NCBI GenBank assembly: GCA_964016885.1
Contig: OZ024746.1
Span: 44,516,001-44,580,000 of the forward strand
DNA length: 64,000 bases
Direction of reading: 5' to 3'
DNA from: Eledone cirrhosa
Taxonomy: Eukaryota
Shown here one piece after another: positions 13,401-25,591 of this stretch; position 1 is the stretch's first letter, and each line of letters opens with the position of its first letter. The position numbers were made by a program, and so were the translations under genes. The notes under the pieces are model-generated. The model saw only the letters and a list, made by a program, of their open reading frames with translations, searched no databases and had not been told where the DNA came from.

Positions 13401-14231
13401 ATTTAGAGATCCACAGACATGGAACTGGTTGAGAAGAGGAGACCTCAAAAAGGCTACAGAAGGAATGCTAATGGCTGCGCAGGAGCAGGCCCTCAAAACG
13501 AAGTGGTTGAAGCACCATATCTACAAGGAGGAGGCTAGCCCACTGTGCAGGATCTGTGGAGAGAGAGAGGAGACTGTGGCTCACATTGTGTCCGAGTGTA
13601 AACACCTAGCCCAGACCCACTATAAGGGCTGGAGACACGATGTGATGGGCAGGGTGATCCACTGGCACCTGTGCAAAGTAAACAATCTACCACATTCTGA
13701 GAAATGGTATGAGCATAGGCCAGAGGCGGTGATGGAGAACAGTCAGGTGAAGGTGCTGTGGGATTTTAGGATACAGACGGACAAAAAACTGGAACACAAT
13801 AGACCTGACCTGGTGGTTGTGGACAAAGAAAAAAGATCGTGCCTGATTGTGGATGTGGCCTGCCCGTTCGACACGAGAGTGCAAGAGAAGGAGAGGGAGA
13901 AAATTAACCGATACCAGGACCTAAAGTGGGAGGTGAAAAGGATTTGGAACTGCCATGAAGTCAAAGTGATCCCGATTGTCATAGGCGCACTGGGGACTAT
14001 CTCCAAAGGTTTCCAGGGATGGTTAAAGAAAATCGGCCCCTTCACGCTTTTTGGAACGCTTCAAAAGGCATGCTTGCTTGGAACGGCAAGAACCCTCCGA
14101 TACGTCCTGAATATCTGAGGCTGCAGGTAGTGGCTTGATATTCAATCCAACGGACTTTCCAGTTAACCAACATCAATGACTGAGATTCAAGGAATAACAA
14201 TAACAATAATAATAATAATAATAATAATAAT
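10493..14231 (+). mobile_element. R4/Dong-like family A copy A3, coding-intact
   Basis: Leader shared with A2, uninterrupted ORF, ~75-nt 3' UTR and (TAA)n tail at ~14193-14231. The 5' boundary is uncertain. Confidence 0.92.
10726..14118 (+). CDS. Reverse transcriptase + CCHC zinc knuckle + restriction-like endonuclease (R4/Dong clade), 1130 aa
   Basis: WKSPGPDG, NYRPITCL, DYRKAFD, RGIFQGDSLSP, FMDD, YKYLG, CRICGEREETVAHIVSEC, RHD and RPDLVVVDK..IVDVACP are all intact. No APE domain. Confidence 0.95.
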   Translation: METRTSCDRLSPNRCPLAQQQEPDCQRNTADVGGRRRRKGARTNWTKELNRTVMQCYLKSNPKERGYRRRMHNIWNEIGLFKLDEQKLAGQARVIRTNGWISELELEELSRENGLEMAGVVCQTSEPAGNEGEEVLRAEEPPEADNDLNTEINNTWNRDTATEEMNADGLGQDSVDILNLVVDELNNDSGRPMNLRFVDRKKLKETTAKVNKVIPYLEARSLHQCNNILKATANTVRKLLGIKARGNNRQERAEPWWKKRLSGQIGEMRNDIGKLESLLNGTLKNIGTKNRLEIKYKTRSKKLNIIIEELKQRIVAKSAKIRRYENRVSQYKQNRMFDNNQKMLFGQLEGKERGTDLIPGAEQAKTFWRGIWEQDVRHNAQAGWIETVQREIGEQAQQQTDLSITVETLKGQAKKLTNWKSPGPDGVQGYWIKHLTSLHPKLTAMFNDCLVSGEVPEWLTKGTTVLIMKDRIKGNDVTNYRPITCLPVMWKLLTSIVSEEIYHHLHTNNLLPDEQKGCRKKSRGTKDQLLIDKMVMGNCRRRHTDLAMGWIDYRKAFDMVPHSWITKSLEIFRVADNIRELLGRSMGSWETELTSTGVSLGSVKIKRGIFQGDSLSPLLFVLALMPLTIMLRKVRAGYKLGRGELTINHLLFMDDLKLFGKSEKELDVLVDTVRIFSSDICMQFGIGKCGVIVMRRGRLSRSNGIQIPTGEMIKEIDSEEGYKYLGVLEADGIKNKKMKELLRTEYIRRVRSVLKSHLNSRNAISAVNSRAVSIIRYSAGILRWNVAEQKEMDRKTRKLLTIYNMFHKRSDVDRLYLRRSEGGRGLISIEDCVQMEKNNLYKYVTYSKEPMLRAVLKEGRVGQGIPKEEITSRRKSSLKGKSLHSTFFEKTEFRDPQTWNWLRRGDLKKATEGMLMAAQEQALKTKWLKHHIYKEEASPLCRICGEREETVAHIVSECKHLAQTHYKGWRHDVMGRVIHWHLCKVNNLPHSEKWYEHRPEAVMENSQVKVLWDFRIQTDKKLEHNRPDLVVVDKEKRSCLIVDVACPFDTRVQEKEREKINRYQDLKWEVKRIWNCHEVKVIPIVIGALGTISKGFQGWLKKIGPFTLFGTLQKACLLGTARTLRYVLNI

Positions 14232-14542
14232 GCTTTCTTTATTAACCACAAGGGTTTACATAAAGTAGACATTAAGGACAGTACAGGACAATACAGGACG
14301 GTACAAATGGGCATTTCTGCGTGTAAAAAACAAGAAACAGAGGATGTAATAGAACAATGAAAAAATTCCCCAATAGGGAGGAGACTTCCGAGGGACATTC
14401 GTGCAGAAAGCCCATTAAAAAGCCACAGTGACTCTGACCACCAGGGTAAGTGCCCTCTCCCAGTTTTCCACCTTTAATTTACAGACACATACTCAGAGTA
14501 GGCCCATTCAATCGGGCCATTCTTGCTTCTCTCACCCATCTT

Positions 14543-17500
14543 TCAATAAAATGCTGGGAAGAGAGTACTTCCCTTTCTACCCTGATTTCTCCTTTTCAAA
14601 TGAAATTTGAAAAAGTTAATCAGGGCATCACCGAAGAGGTAAGTGCTTGTCTTCAGCCCTTTCAAACGTGTCCACCATACTATCTCTTTCGCTATGGCCA
14701 CCAGACAGATAAAAACTGCCTGCCCTTCCCGGCTAAAGGAAGAGGGTGGGGCAATCCTCACGATGGACTCAGATGATAGCCGGATCCGTCCTACACGCGA
14801 CAGCAGGTGTTCGTCATAAACCCACAAGTCAGCAATGCTTGGACACTGGACGAGTGCGTGCAGGACGGTTTCGTCGCCCTGCGCGCATCTCGGACATGCC
14901 CGGCTGACGGCACCTCCATGCCTGTAGAGTTTATCCCGAACTGGCAAAGATCCTCGGTAGCACTGCTAGACCAGGGATTTCTGGAAGTTGTCCATAGGGC
15001 CCGGCCCGAAAGTGCTTCCGAAAAGATTAGCTAGTTGATTTTCGTCGACGCCTAGCGTTTCCCCAAGGACGTCGTCGCTCTTCCACTCCACTAATCCTCT
15101 ATAGAACGCCAAGGTGGAGTTTCCACCGATCACATTGCCCGATTGGTCGAGGGCTGCGAGCGCCTGAAGTCATTCCAGTCTCCAAGCGCTCCCTCTCGGT
15201 CTTCGCTTGACCCAGGATTGCAGCTCCGTCAAGGAGACGAGCTGGGGAAAGACGCGTCTAGCAAACGCCGACCACACCTGATCACCGTCGAGGAAGAGGT
15301 GGAGATGTCGTAGCCTAAGCGCGTGTCTGCGCATCATCAGCCACGGCAATCGCAGCCCTCCACGTAGCGGGTGTTGACAGCAGATTGACCTCCTGACCAT
15401 CGGAGCTCGTCCCTTCCACAAAAAGCGAAAGAGCAAAGGCGTCAGCGCAGTCAGGCGGGGCTTAGAACAAGGTACGACGGTCAGACGGTAGTAGATGACG
15501 GACGCGATATATGCGTTAGCCACCTCCGCTCGACCTTTCAGGGATAGCTTCCTCTCGGCCCATTTCTGGGTGAGAGAAGACACCCTGCTCGTCACCTCGT
15601 CCCAGTTTTTTGACCGTCTGGAGGTCCGGAGCGAACCAGACCCCGAGCAATTTAACCGGTCCGTCCTTTCAGCTCCCGACGACGCTGTTGGACGGCATGG
15701 ACCTGCCTCTCCAGGTGCAGAGTTGCAGACCCACTGACTTTTCCTGGTTGATCATTGCTCCTGTCACCGCTTCGTATTCTCTTAGTGTAGTGCCGATCGC
15801 CTCGATGTGTTTGACGTTCGACATCACTACGGTGACATCGTCCGCATATGCTGACACGGATCTTCCGCATCCTAGTACGCGCGGGACCCCCCTCGACGTC
15901 TCCAGTTTGTGCAGTAATGGCTCGACAGGCAATACGTACACGAGGGATTAGAGAGTACATCCTTGGCTGACCGAGCGCATGATGTTGAACGGTTCCGAAA
16001 GGTGACCGTTCACTCTCACCACAGAGCAGATGTCGCTGTGCATGGCAGCGATCCACCCTCTGAAGACGGGCCCAAAGCCAGCCGCCCTCAGGACTGCCGC
16101 TAGGGAACGATAGTCGACCCTATCGAAAGCTTTCGACTGATCTAAAATGATCACGGACCCACCCGTGCCAGGTTCCCTAGCTACTCTCTCTACGATGACT
16201 CGCATGAGGTGGAGGTTGTCGTGGATGGATCTGTCGGGAATGGCGCATGTCTGTGCCTCTCCCACCAGACCACCAACGACAAGCGCCAACCTCTTTGCTA
16301 GCACCTTGGCCAAAATCTTGAACTCTGTGTTTAGCAGAGTTATGGGCCTAAACTTATCTATGTTATCCCCCTTATTCGGATCCTTTCTCAGCAGCGACAC
16401 GGCTCCTCGGCTCACAGAGCTGGAAATTCTCCCGTTCTGTTGCCAGTTGCAGTAGACGTCCGCCAAGAGGCCTCCGAACAAGTCTGGCATCTGTACGTAA
16501 AGTTCATAGGGCAGACCATCCAAACCAGGCGATTTACCCCTTGTGCAGCCAGTCATTGCTTCCCATACTTCAGCGACTGTTATCGCCTTTTCGCAACGCT
16601 CCGCCTCAGTGGCTTAGAGCCAAGGCAGTCCGTCGAGGTAGACACTAAAGTCCATCCCACGATCCAGCCTGCCGCTGCCCCCGAACAGCTGAGCGAAGTG
16701 TCGCTGAAAAGCTTCCCACATTTGCCCGGGATCGAGTAGCATGCGCCCGTCTTGGTCCACCAAAGACCGGATCGTGGCTTTGTTGCCACGACGCCCCTCC
16801 GCTACTCGGGCCCATTGAACGGCTTCCGTCTCCTCGCGTCTGAGAGCACGCACCCTAGCTCTGACAACGCAGCCTTCGTGCTTTGCATTGAAGAATTGGT
16901 CAAGGGCCAATTTCGCCGCAAGTACGTCGGTCGCGATGCCTTTGCTAAACGCCTTGTCTAAATTTCTAACTAATTCTCCCTCTGCTATATTTTTCTCTAT
17001 AGCTAAAGCCTTACTAAACCTAATGGACTCTATTCTAATTGCTCTTTTCAGAGCAAACCACCACTTGTTGTTGACGATGGCCCCCGTCAACGCCCGCTTA
17101 ACTAGTTCGCTAATCCAGTCTCTGTAGGCCTTGCGGTCCTGGTAAGGACGCGTTTAGCTTCCAGTAGCCGGGTCCTCGTCTATGAAGCCTATCTAAGTCA
17201 AGCACACAGATCACGAATTTGTGGTCCGTGTAGCTGACTATCTTGAATTGTGGACAGCCTATGCTAGACCTATCTATTTCCCTACAAAATACTCTATCTA
17301 GATATTATCTAGATGACCCTATGCGATTTGTCCAAGTCCACATTGGCACATTCTGGAAATCCAATCGGTACCTGTCAGACAGTTCAAAACGCCTGAGCAG
17401 GTTGGTGAGGCTCTTGCACCCTCCTCCCCTATCTGCTAATCCCACACAGTCCCAGCGTGCATCTAAGATCCAGTTCCAGTCGCCCACTAACACTAAAGTG

Positions 17501-17901
17501 CGGGATGTTCCAAGAAAGATCTCCAGACGCCGGAAGAAATCAGGCCGCCCTGCTCCTGTCGGGGCATAGACCGTCACTAGCCTGAAAGCTTGCCCGTCTC
17601 CGCTGGTCACGTATAGCACCAGCAACTTACATTCTGGGTCCAGGAAGATGGCCCGTATGTCGAGATCCAAACCTCTCCGAAAAAGCACAGCGACTCCTCC
17701 TCCCGATCCCGGATGGCTGGGAGATGCGTACACATCGTAGCCGCCGAAGATCGGTGCGAAGGCCCGTGCTTCGGAGATTCTGGTCTCGCTGATGGCCACT
17801 ACATCTATGTTTAGTGACCTGAGGTCGTTGAGCAGGTGGCCCTGCCTCCATGATGACCCCAAGCAGCGTGCATTTATGCTGCCTATTCTGAGTGAGGTCA
17901 T
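14543..17901 (-). pseudogene. ORF2: APE endonuclease + RT + C-terminal Cys motif, frameshifted
   Basis: SINARCL, VAISET, VYAP, LVGDWN (APE); KSPGLDG, FRPITLLN, DQSKAFDRV, SQGC, AYADD (RT); CPRCAQGDETVLHALVQC. Confidence 0.9.
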
Positions 17902-17978
17902 GTTGAAATGGAGTGGAAAAAATGGGAAAGACCACTTACCTTACTTCTCGTAGAGGAAGGATGGTTTGTCCATCCTTT

Positions 17979-19912
17979 TCACTGCTTGTGGCCTGCTCCG
18001 GAAGGATGTCGTTTTAAATCCTCCTGGAGAGTGTTTGTCGGAAGTCTCCGATGTCTTTGGGGAATTTTTGTTTTAGTGTCGTGTACGTTTTCTGCGTGAT
18101 GCGAGTGATTTGTATGTGTGGAGGTGGTGTGAACATTTGGGTTGTTGTGTAGTCTTTTTCTGTGATGCTGGTGTTGTGTTGTATGTAGGTGTAATAATTG
18201 GTTGTTGTTCAAATTTAAAGCTGTGTAGTGTGTATCGTTTTGGTTGTTTTGTTTTGTTTGACTTTGTTGTGGGTTTGTTTCTGTTACGCTTTTTGGTGAC
18301 TTTTGTGGTGTTGGTGATGGTGGTGTTGGGGTTAATGATGGTGATGGTGTTGGTGTTTGCGCTGATGGCGTTGGTGATGCTGGTGTGGATGGTGGCATAT
18401 CTGTCCGAACTTTTTTGATTGATAATTTATTTGTTTCCCTCTGTATTTTGTTTTTGGAGGGGGAGGGAAGAGAATTTTTTCTTTTTTGATTGTTTCTTTT
18501 TTTTTTTCCTGATACCGTTTCCCACTCCTCGTCGTCACAATCTGTCTCCAGTGGCGATAAGCCGGGGAGTGGAAAATCCTCCACAGGCGTTGGTTTTGGT
18601 TGTGCCCTTGTGGTGGTGTAGGCGCTGGTGCCAGTTCTGGCGCGTTGGGTGGTGGGGGTGTTGGTTTTGCTACTGTTGCTGGGTTGTTGCTGTTACAGTT
18701 GCTTCTGTTGTTGCTGCTACAGTTGTTGCTGCCATATCTGCTGCTGGTCGTGTTGATGGTTGTGTCACTGGGGTGGGTAAGAGAGGTGGCCTCAACCTTT
18801 TAGCCTGAGGGTAGAAAGCCCTTAGGTGGGTTCCTTCACCACAAACGACACACCTAGGCCTTCTGCCCTTGACGATTACGGTGAGGTGGCTGCCGTCAGT
18901 GAGGTCTATTACCTCTGGGATCTCCTCAATGCTTTTATGGTCCGCTTGGATCAGGAGCTCCATCCCAGATCCGGACCAGTTCTCCTGCTTTTGTTTCGCT
19001 ATTTCGATTATCTTGGTATTGCCTCGATGCCGGCGAGGACGGCAGCCATTAGCCAGGGAATTTCGATGGCCGGTGGAACGTGGGTCACCCTGATCTTCAC
19101 AAGTCTCTAGCCACAATAGCTTGGGACGAGTGTGACGTCGTCACTTCTTAATGGGGCCATGGAGCGTTCTCTGGCCTCCTGTGGTGTTTCAAAGAACACG
19201 CCACGGTTCCATATTTCTGCCCACGTCTGATGTGTGTTTTGTTTGCCCACACATGTCCCAAAGCTTTTTGGATTTGGGACTCGGATGCCCGTTCCACTCG
19301 GCGCGATTTTATGTTAATATACCGATAAGACACGGTGCATAGGCGACGGTGCTCCATTTTATTAGGTGTGTGTGTGCGTGGTGGTGGGGGGTGTGTGTGT
19401 GTGTGTGTGTGAGGGGGGGGGGGCTGACCCTCTACCCATCTTTTTTTACCATTCTTTGGCTTCTTCTAATTCCTCCTGAGTTATCTGGATCGCTTCGCAC
19501 GTTTTTGCTACTCTGGCAAAACTCAGGGTAGTTTTCTTAATTTCATTGTTGCTATTGTTGTTATCGTTATTTTTGTTATTGTTAATTTTAGTTTCAGTTG
19601 TGGTGGTGGCGTCTGTGGTGTTCGGTGTGGAAGAGTTCATTTTGGTTGAATTCATTTCGATATCACGAGTTAATTTATTTTTTCTTTTGTTTCTGTTGTC
19701 GATGTGGAGGTGGTGGGGGTGGCAGCTTTAACACCTGCAGTCATTGGTAATGGCGGGAAATGAATGTCTGTCTGAGACAAATTTAAAATATTGCTACTGC
19801 TTATATTTTTAGTGTTGGCAAACGTAGTAATATTTACAATGGTGATGTCGGTGTGAGGTGTTAGTTTGTGAAGAAGGCTCTCAGCTACTGGGTTCAGCTG
19901 TGAGTCGGCCAT
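17979..19912 (-). pseudogene. ORF1 (gag-like) relic with low-complexity ends and a decayed CCHC knuckle
   Basis: Fragments in several frames upstream of ORF2, including GRRPRCVVCGEGTHLRAFYP, flanked by Thr/Pro/Asn-rich tracts. Confidence 0.65.
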
Positions 19913-20144
19913 GATTTTTCGAAGATATTTTCTTTTGTTTGATAATTATAAAAACTTTACATTTTGGGCTCAAAGCTTCAATCTTTTTGTGTGTCCTTTT
20001 CAGAAATCAATGTATGTGCACTTATATACAGTTAACAATAACAATTTTCCATAAATGGCAATTTTAAACAACTGAAAATAGCAACCCTTTGCGGAGCTCA
20101 CGATAAAACGATTTACTACGTAGGTCGCCAATAATAATAATAAT

Positions 20145-21070
20145 AACCTACACAAATACATGACTGATAGTAAGGAGCCAATGCTCAGAATTGTACTGAA
20201 GGAGAGGACAATAGACCAGGGGATGTCCAAGGAGAAAATAACAACAAGGAGAAAGAGCAGCCTTCATGAAAAATCCCTTCATAGTACCTTCTTTGAGAAA
20301 ACTGAATTCAGAGATCCACAGACATGGAAATGGTTGAAAAGAGGAGACCTTAAAAAGGCTACAGAAGGAATGCTAATGGCTGCGCAAGAGCAGGCCCTCA
20401 AAACGAAGTGGTTGAAACACCAAGGAGGAGGCTAGTCCACTGTGCAGGATCTGTGGAGAGAGAGAGGAGACTGTGGCTCACATTGTATCCTAGCCCAGAC
20501 TCACTAAAAAGGCTGGAGACATGATGTGATGGGCAGGGTGATCCACTGGCACCTATGCAAAGTAAACAATTTACCACATTCTGAGAAGTGGTATGAGCAT
20601 AAGCCAGAGTCGTCGATAGAAAACGATCAGTTGAAGGTGCTGTGGGATTTTAGGATATAGACGGACAAGAAACTGGAACACAATAGACCTGACCTGGTGG
20701 TTTTGGACAAGGAAAGAAGATCGTGCCTGATTGTGGATGTGGTCTGCCCATTCGACACGAGAGTGAGGGAGAAAATTAACCGATACCAGGACTTAAAGTG
20801 GGAGGTAAAAAGGATTTGGAACTGTCTTGAAGTCAAAGTGGTCCCGATTGTCATAGGCGCACTAGGTACTATCTCAAAAAGTTTCCAGTGATGGTTAAAG
20901 AAAATTGGTCCCGCCACGCTTTTTGGAACGCTTCAAAAGGCATGCTTGCTGGGAACAGCAAGAACCCCCCGATACGTCCTGAATATCTGACTCTGCAGGT
21001 AGTGGCTTGATATTCATTTCAACAAACTTTCCAGTTAACTAACATGAATGACTGAGACTCAAAGAACAAC

Positions 21071-21106
<36 letters not shown>
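20145..21106 (+). mobile_element. 5'-truncated family A copy A4 (3' ~0.9 kb) with (AAT)n tail
   Basis: Matches 8746-9736, including the 12-bp deletion (TRVREKINRY vs TRVQEKEREKINRY in A3). Confidence 0.9.
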
Positions 21107-21109
<3 letters not shown>

Positions 21110-22182
21110 GCAACTGTTAACAAGCATTGTGTCTGAGGAAATCTACCATCACCTCCACATAAACAATTTGTTACCGGACGAACAGAAAGGATGCCGAAAG
21201 AAGTCCCGTGGTACAAAAGACCAGTTACTTATTGATAAGATGGTAATGAGGAATTGCAAGAGGAGACACACTGATCTTGCTATGGGAAGGATAGATTACA
21301 AAAAGTCATTCGACATGGTACCTCATTCTTGGATATCCAAAAGCCCAGAGATCTTCAAGGTGGCAGATAACACCAGACAGTTGTTGAGCAAAGTTTCAAG
21401 TCCTTGGAAACAGAGGTAACATCGGGTGGAGAATCCTTGGGGGGGGGAGGGGGGGCGTGAGGATCAAGAGAGGCATTTCCAGGGAGATAGTTTGTCCCTT
21501 TTACTGTTTGTCCTTGCCCTGATACCCCTGACCATTATATTGCGAAAAGTGAGAACAAGATATAAGTTGGAAAAAGGAGAGCTTACCATCAATCACCTGC
21601 TCTTCATGGACGATCTTAAACTCTTTGGGAAGAGTGAGAAGTAGTTGGATGTACCTGTTGACACTGTCCGTATTTTCAGCAATGATATATATGTATGGAA
21701 TTTGGTATTAATAAGTGTGGAGTCCTAGTGATGAAGAGGGGTTATTTGAGCAGAAGCAACGGAATCCAGGTACCAACAGGTGAGATGATAAAGGAAATTG
21801 ACACTGAAGAAGGATACAAATATGTATGTGTTCTGGAGGCAGATGACATGAAGAACGAAAAAATGAAGGAATTGATAAGATCTGACTATATTAGGAGAGT
21901 AAGGAGCGTATTAAAATCACATCTAAATAGTAGGAATGTCATAAGTGCAGTGAATTCCCGAGTTGTGTCTATTATTAGGTACAGTACGGGAATTCTGAAA
22001 TGGAATGTTGCTGAACAAAAAGAAATGGATAGGAAGACTATTGCCTATCTACAACAGGTTCCACAAGAGGAGTCATGTCGATAGATTCTACTTAAAGAGA
22101 TCTGAAGATGGAATATGACTTATCAGCATAGCGTAGCGGATTGTGTTGAGATGGTGAAAAACAACCTGCACAAATACGTGAC
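21103..22182 (+). mobile_element. Internal RT fragment of family A (copy A5), lacking its 3' end
   Basis: Homologous to ~12188-13259 ([24 protein letters not shown]) with frameshifts. Confidence 0.88.
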
Positions 22183-22185
22183 GGA

Positions 22186-22520
22186 CAGAAACTGCTGAAC
22201 GATGACTAGAAGAATTGGCTAATGCACGTATGTCATGACATCCTCGAGCATCTTGAACCTAACCAGATCTGCTGTGATGAGTCATCACCGGTGATGAATA
22301 AAGGGGAACTATTTTCCGGGTGCAGAAGCCATCAAGAGGGCCGAGACGACGGAACTGCAGAGAATCTCGGGAGAATCCTTCCAGAAGTGCTTGCAGACGT
22401 GACGGAGGAGTGCCTTACACACGAGAAGGATTATTTCGAAGGGGAAAATTTGTATTTTGTAGTTCGGATCTGAAAAAAAGATTTGCAGTCCCAGTCCTGT
22501 TTCTTTTCTGAAAAAGCTCG
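22186..22520 (+). mobile_element. Internally deleted mariner-like transposon remnant (right end)
   Basis: Encodes LLNDD..MHVCHDILEHLE..VITGDE fused to a mariner-type C-terminus (...TTELQRI...FQKC...DYFEG). A TIR-like end cagtcctgtttcttttctga..agctcg is followed by TA. Confidence 0.7.
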
Positions 22521-24364
22521 TATATTTAGAGACCTGACGCAGATTTAACTTGTTTCTTACACACCTTTAAATATGGCCACACACCCACAGAAACACTAAT
22601 ATATATAGATGCTTGTGTATGTGTATGTGTATGGATCTGTGTGTGCTTGTCTCTATGTGCTCGTGTATGTATGTTTGTCTGTGTCTGTTTTGTACTGCGA
22701 CGTAATTGATTTTCAACATCGTTTCAAAAACTGATATTACTCCTCACATAGACTGTTCTTCCACCCCTAAATTTTGAAACTATATTTTCGGGAATTGTAT
22801 TGAGTCTATCCTAAAAGCTATTTAGGCATTTACTGTAAGTTCTACTGTAATACAATATGCAAGTAATACTTTATTCAAATAATTTTGAAAACTTTTGGGA
22901 GCAGTTTAGCTTAAGGAAAATACGTAGTAAATAAATTTATCTTCTTCACGCGGAATTCCATTTTTATTGCTGTAAAACAACAATTGCATTGTTCTTTTCT
23001 GAAAATTACATCATTGATAAGTTTCAAAATTATTTATTTTTTCTCAATATAAAACAAATCAATGGTAAACATACCTATCAAATTCAATTCTGTTGAAGTA
23101 GTAATCGCTTCATACAATTTCGTTTTAATTGATTTTATTTTACACGAGAACAAATATTCAATGAATTATTCTTCATTTCGATATGTCAATATTCGTTTAG
23201 ATTTCAACTGATGTGGCTGAATAACACTAACATCTTTATAAGACACACTTGCATGCACACACGTAAACGCACGGCCAAATCTGTATGTATATGTGTGTAT
23301 GTGTGAGTGATTTTGTATATATATGCACATATGTGTTAGCTGTTGAATTAAATATGAGAGCTTTATATTATAGTAGATGAGTTCGTTATTCTAAATCATT
23401 TTTATATGATTTTATCCGCTGCGTAATATGAAATTAAGAAATGAAGATAAAAAATATTGCGACTCATATCAATGTATTCCAAAGAAGTAGCGCAGAATAA
23501 GTCAAGGGTGAATGAAAAATGTATTGCAAAAGTAGAAAATGGGAAATAAAAATAAAATAAATAGTGAATAGAAATAGAAGCAGCCGTCACGTCACTACGT
23601 AGAGTAAAATGTTGCTTACAGAGGAGAAGAGGAGATAAAGTTAATCAGATATTGACTTCCCTTCACTTCGAGTGAAATCAGCTCAATTTACTTATTAATG
23701 TTTTGAGAACAAGTTACACTGCATACACACATATTAATAACCACAAACATACAATGCATCAGAACAAAATATAGAATCTGTTTGCTGAGCATAACTGATG
23801 TTACATATATAAGATATATTTTATATCCAAACGCACACACGACACATATATTAGCCTGTATACATACATACATACATACATACATACATACATAAATACA
23901 TACATGTGCAAGCAGGGAAAAGCGGACGTAAAAATGATGATGATGATGATATATGTATGTGTGTGTGTGTGAGAGATGAGTGTGTGTATGTGTGAGTGCG
24001 TGTGTATTGACTTTCTGAATCGATCGTCTTTCAAGATAAAAGTAAAGCAAGTGAAATTATGAAAAACATTCATATTAGCAAACTTCGATAAGATATAATG
24101 CAGAATCCGGTAAATGTATGCTTACAATAATACATCTTGTATATTCGCCTGAATGCCTGAATTCATAAGACAGTAATGATACGAATCGTCTGCTTTCATG
24201 CCATCCAATAATAACGATTCTATTTGTTTGTTTCGAGATTCAATTAAAATCAAGAAAAAAGAAAAAAAAAGAAAATTCCGAAGATCAAGTGTAACTTCTG
24301 TCCGTTTAAAGAACTCACTTTGTGACTAAGAATCGTTCCGACAAATTAGCGTGAAGACACTTAC

Positions 24365-24437
24365 GTTACCATTCGATAGCAGTTTTAATAAAAGATGAAA
24401 TAGACATAGATATGCTCGGGTGGAACTGCTATGCATA
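24365..24437 (-). CDS. Candidate first coding exon of an unknown host gene (signal-peptide-like)
   Basis: Strong acceptor tttttcttttattttcactcag, then T-ATG encoding MHSSSTRAYLCLFHLLLKLLSNG(N), then donor gtaac/gtaagt. No homology support. Confidence 0.3.
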
Positions 24438-25426
24438 CTGAGTGAAAATAAAAGAAAAATTCGATTTATTCTTGCAACTGATATTTATCCTTAGTTTATT
24501 TATATTTTCTCATTCTATTTTCTATTATTGTTCGCTCAGCAATAATATATTCTTCCAACAGTCAGTAAATTATTACAGCATTAAAAAAACCCCATTAGAT
24601 TATAGTAGATATAAGCTTCGGTTCAATTCTAATGAATTGTTCAATTCATTATATTTTATTTTACCAAACCTTTGTAAATATTCCCATTATATTGAATATC
24701 ATAAACGCTCCCCGTTATACAGAAATAACGTGGACACGAAGTGGTATAAACTGTTTAAACGGGAAAGAGTATAGAAACAAATTAGTGTGACATAGAATAT
24801 ATGGTAGTAACCATTTTGCACGAACTTATACTGGTTACATAAAAAATGCTCTACTTAGTGAAATTTCATGCAACAATCAAAGGCAAAGAAATTATATTTT
24901 TGAAGGAAAATCAATATGTACTTTTCTATTTACTCATGAAATACATTTGATGAGGAAACAAATATAAATTTGTTTTAGATTATTTTCTGAGAAAAATATT
25001 TCATGTTATAACCGAAAAATAATATATTAATGTTCCTTCAATATTTCAGAAATAATCATAAGATATATGCTAACATCTGGCTATGGCCACATGGCTAGTT
25101 GAAAATGAAGAATGCAAATATCTGGTTGCTAAAGTCAATATATGATAAAAACAAGCTCATTAGTCTTAAAAATCTTTAGCGGAATTGGATATAAATGATG
25201 AAGTCTTAGAAATCATATTCAACGAATCTTATTAAACATTGATCGATAATGTGGTAAATATTATCTTACAAACCGAGACAGAATTTAGTTATTCTTTATC
25301 TATTTTGCAAACAAAAATGAATTAGGATGGTTCGTAGAAAAGACTTTATGCGTATATATATATATATATATTTGTATGTTTGTATACATGTATAAATATG
25401 TATATATATGAATGTTTGTATACATG

Positions 25427-25462
<36 letters not shown>

Positions 25463-25466
<4 letters not shown>

Positions 25467-25591
25467 GAACAAGTATGACCCCGACGGCAGCCGTCGGGGT
25501 CATACTTGTTCCTATTACCCACTCTACCACCCTAAGTATTGAGTACTTTGGTGCGTTATGGTCCATCTGGTTCCTTACCACATTTCCTTCG

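Larger units (their letters stand above)
14232..20129 (-). mobile_element. Full-length but decayed Tx1/L1-like non-LTR retrotransposon inserted in (ATT)n
   Basis: Two-ORF layout. The 3' end on the minus strand reads ...ttaataaagaaagc(att)n, and the 5' end abuts (AAT)n at 20130. Confidence 0.88.
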
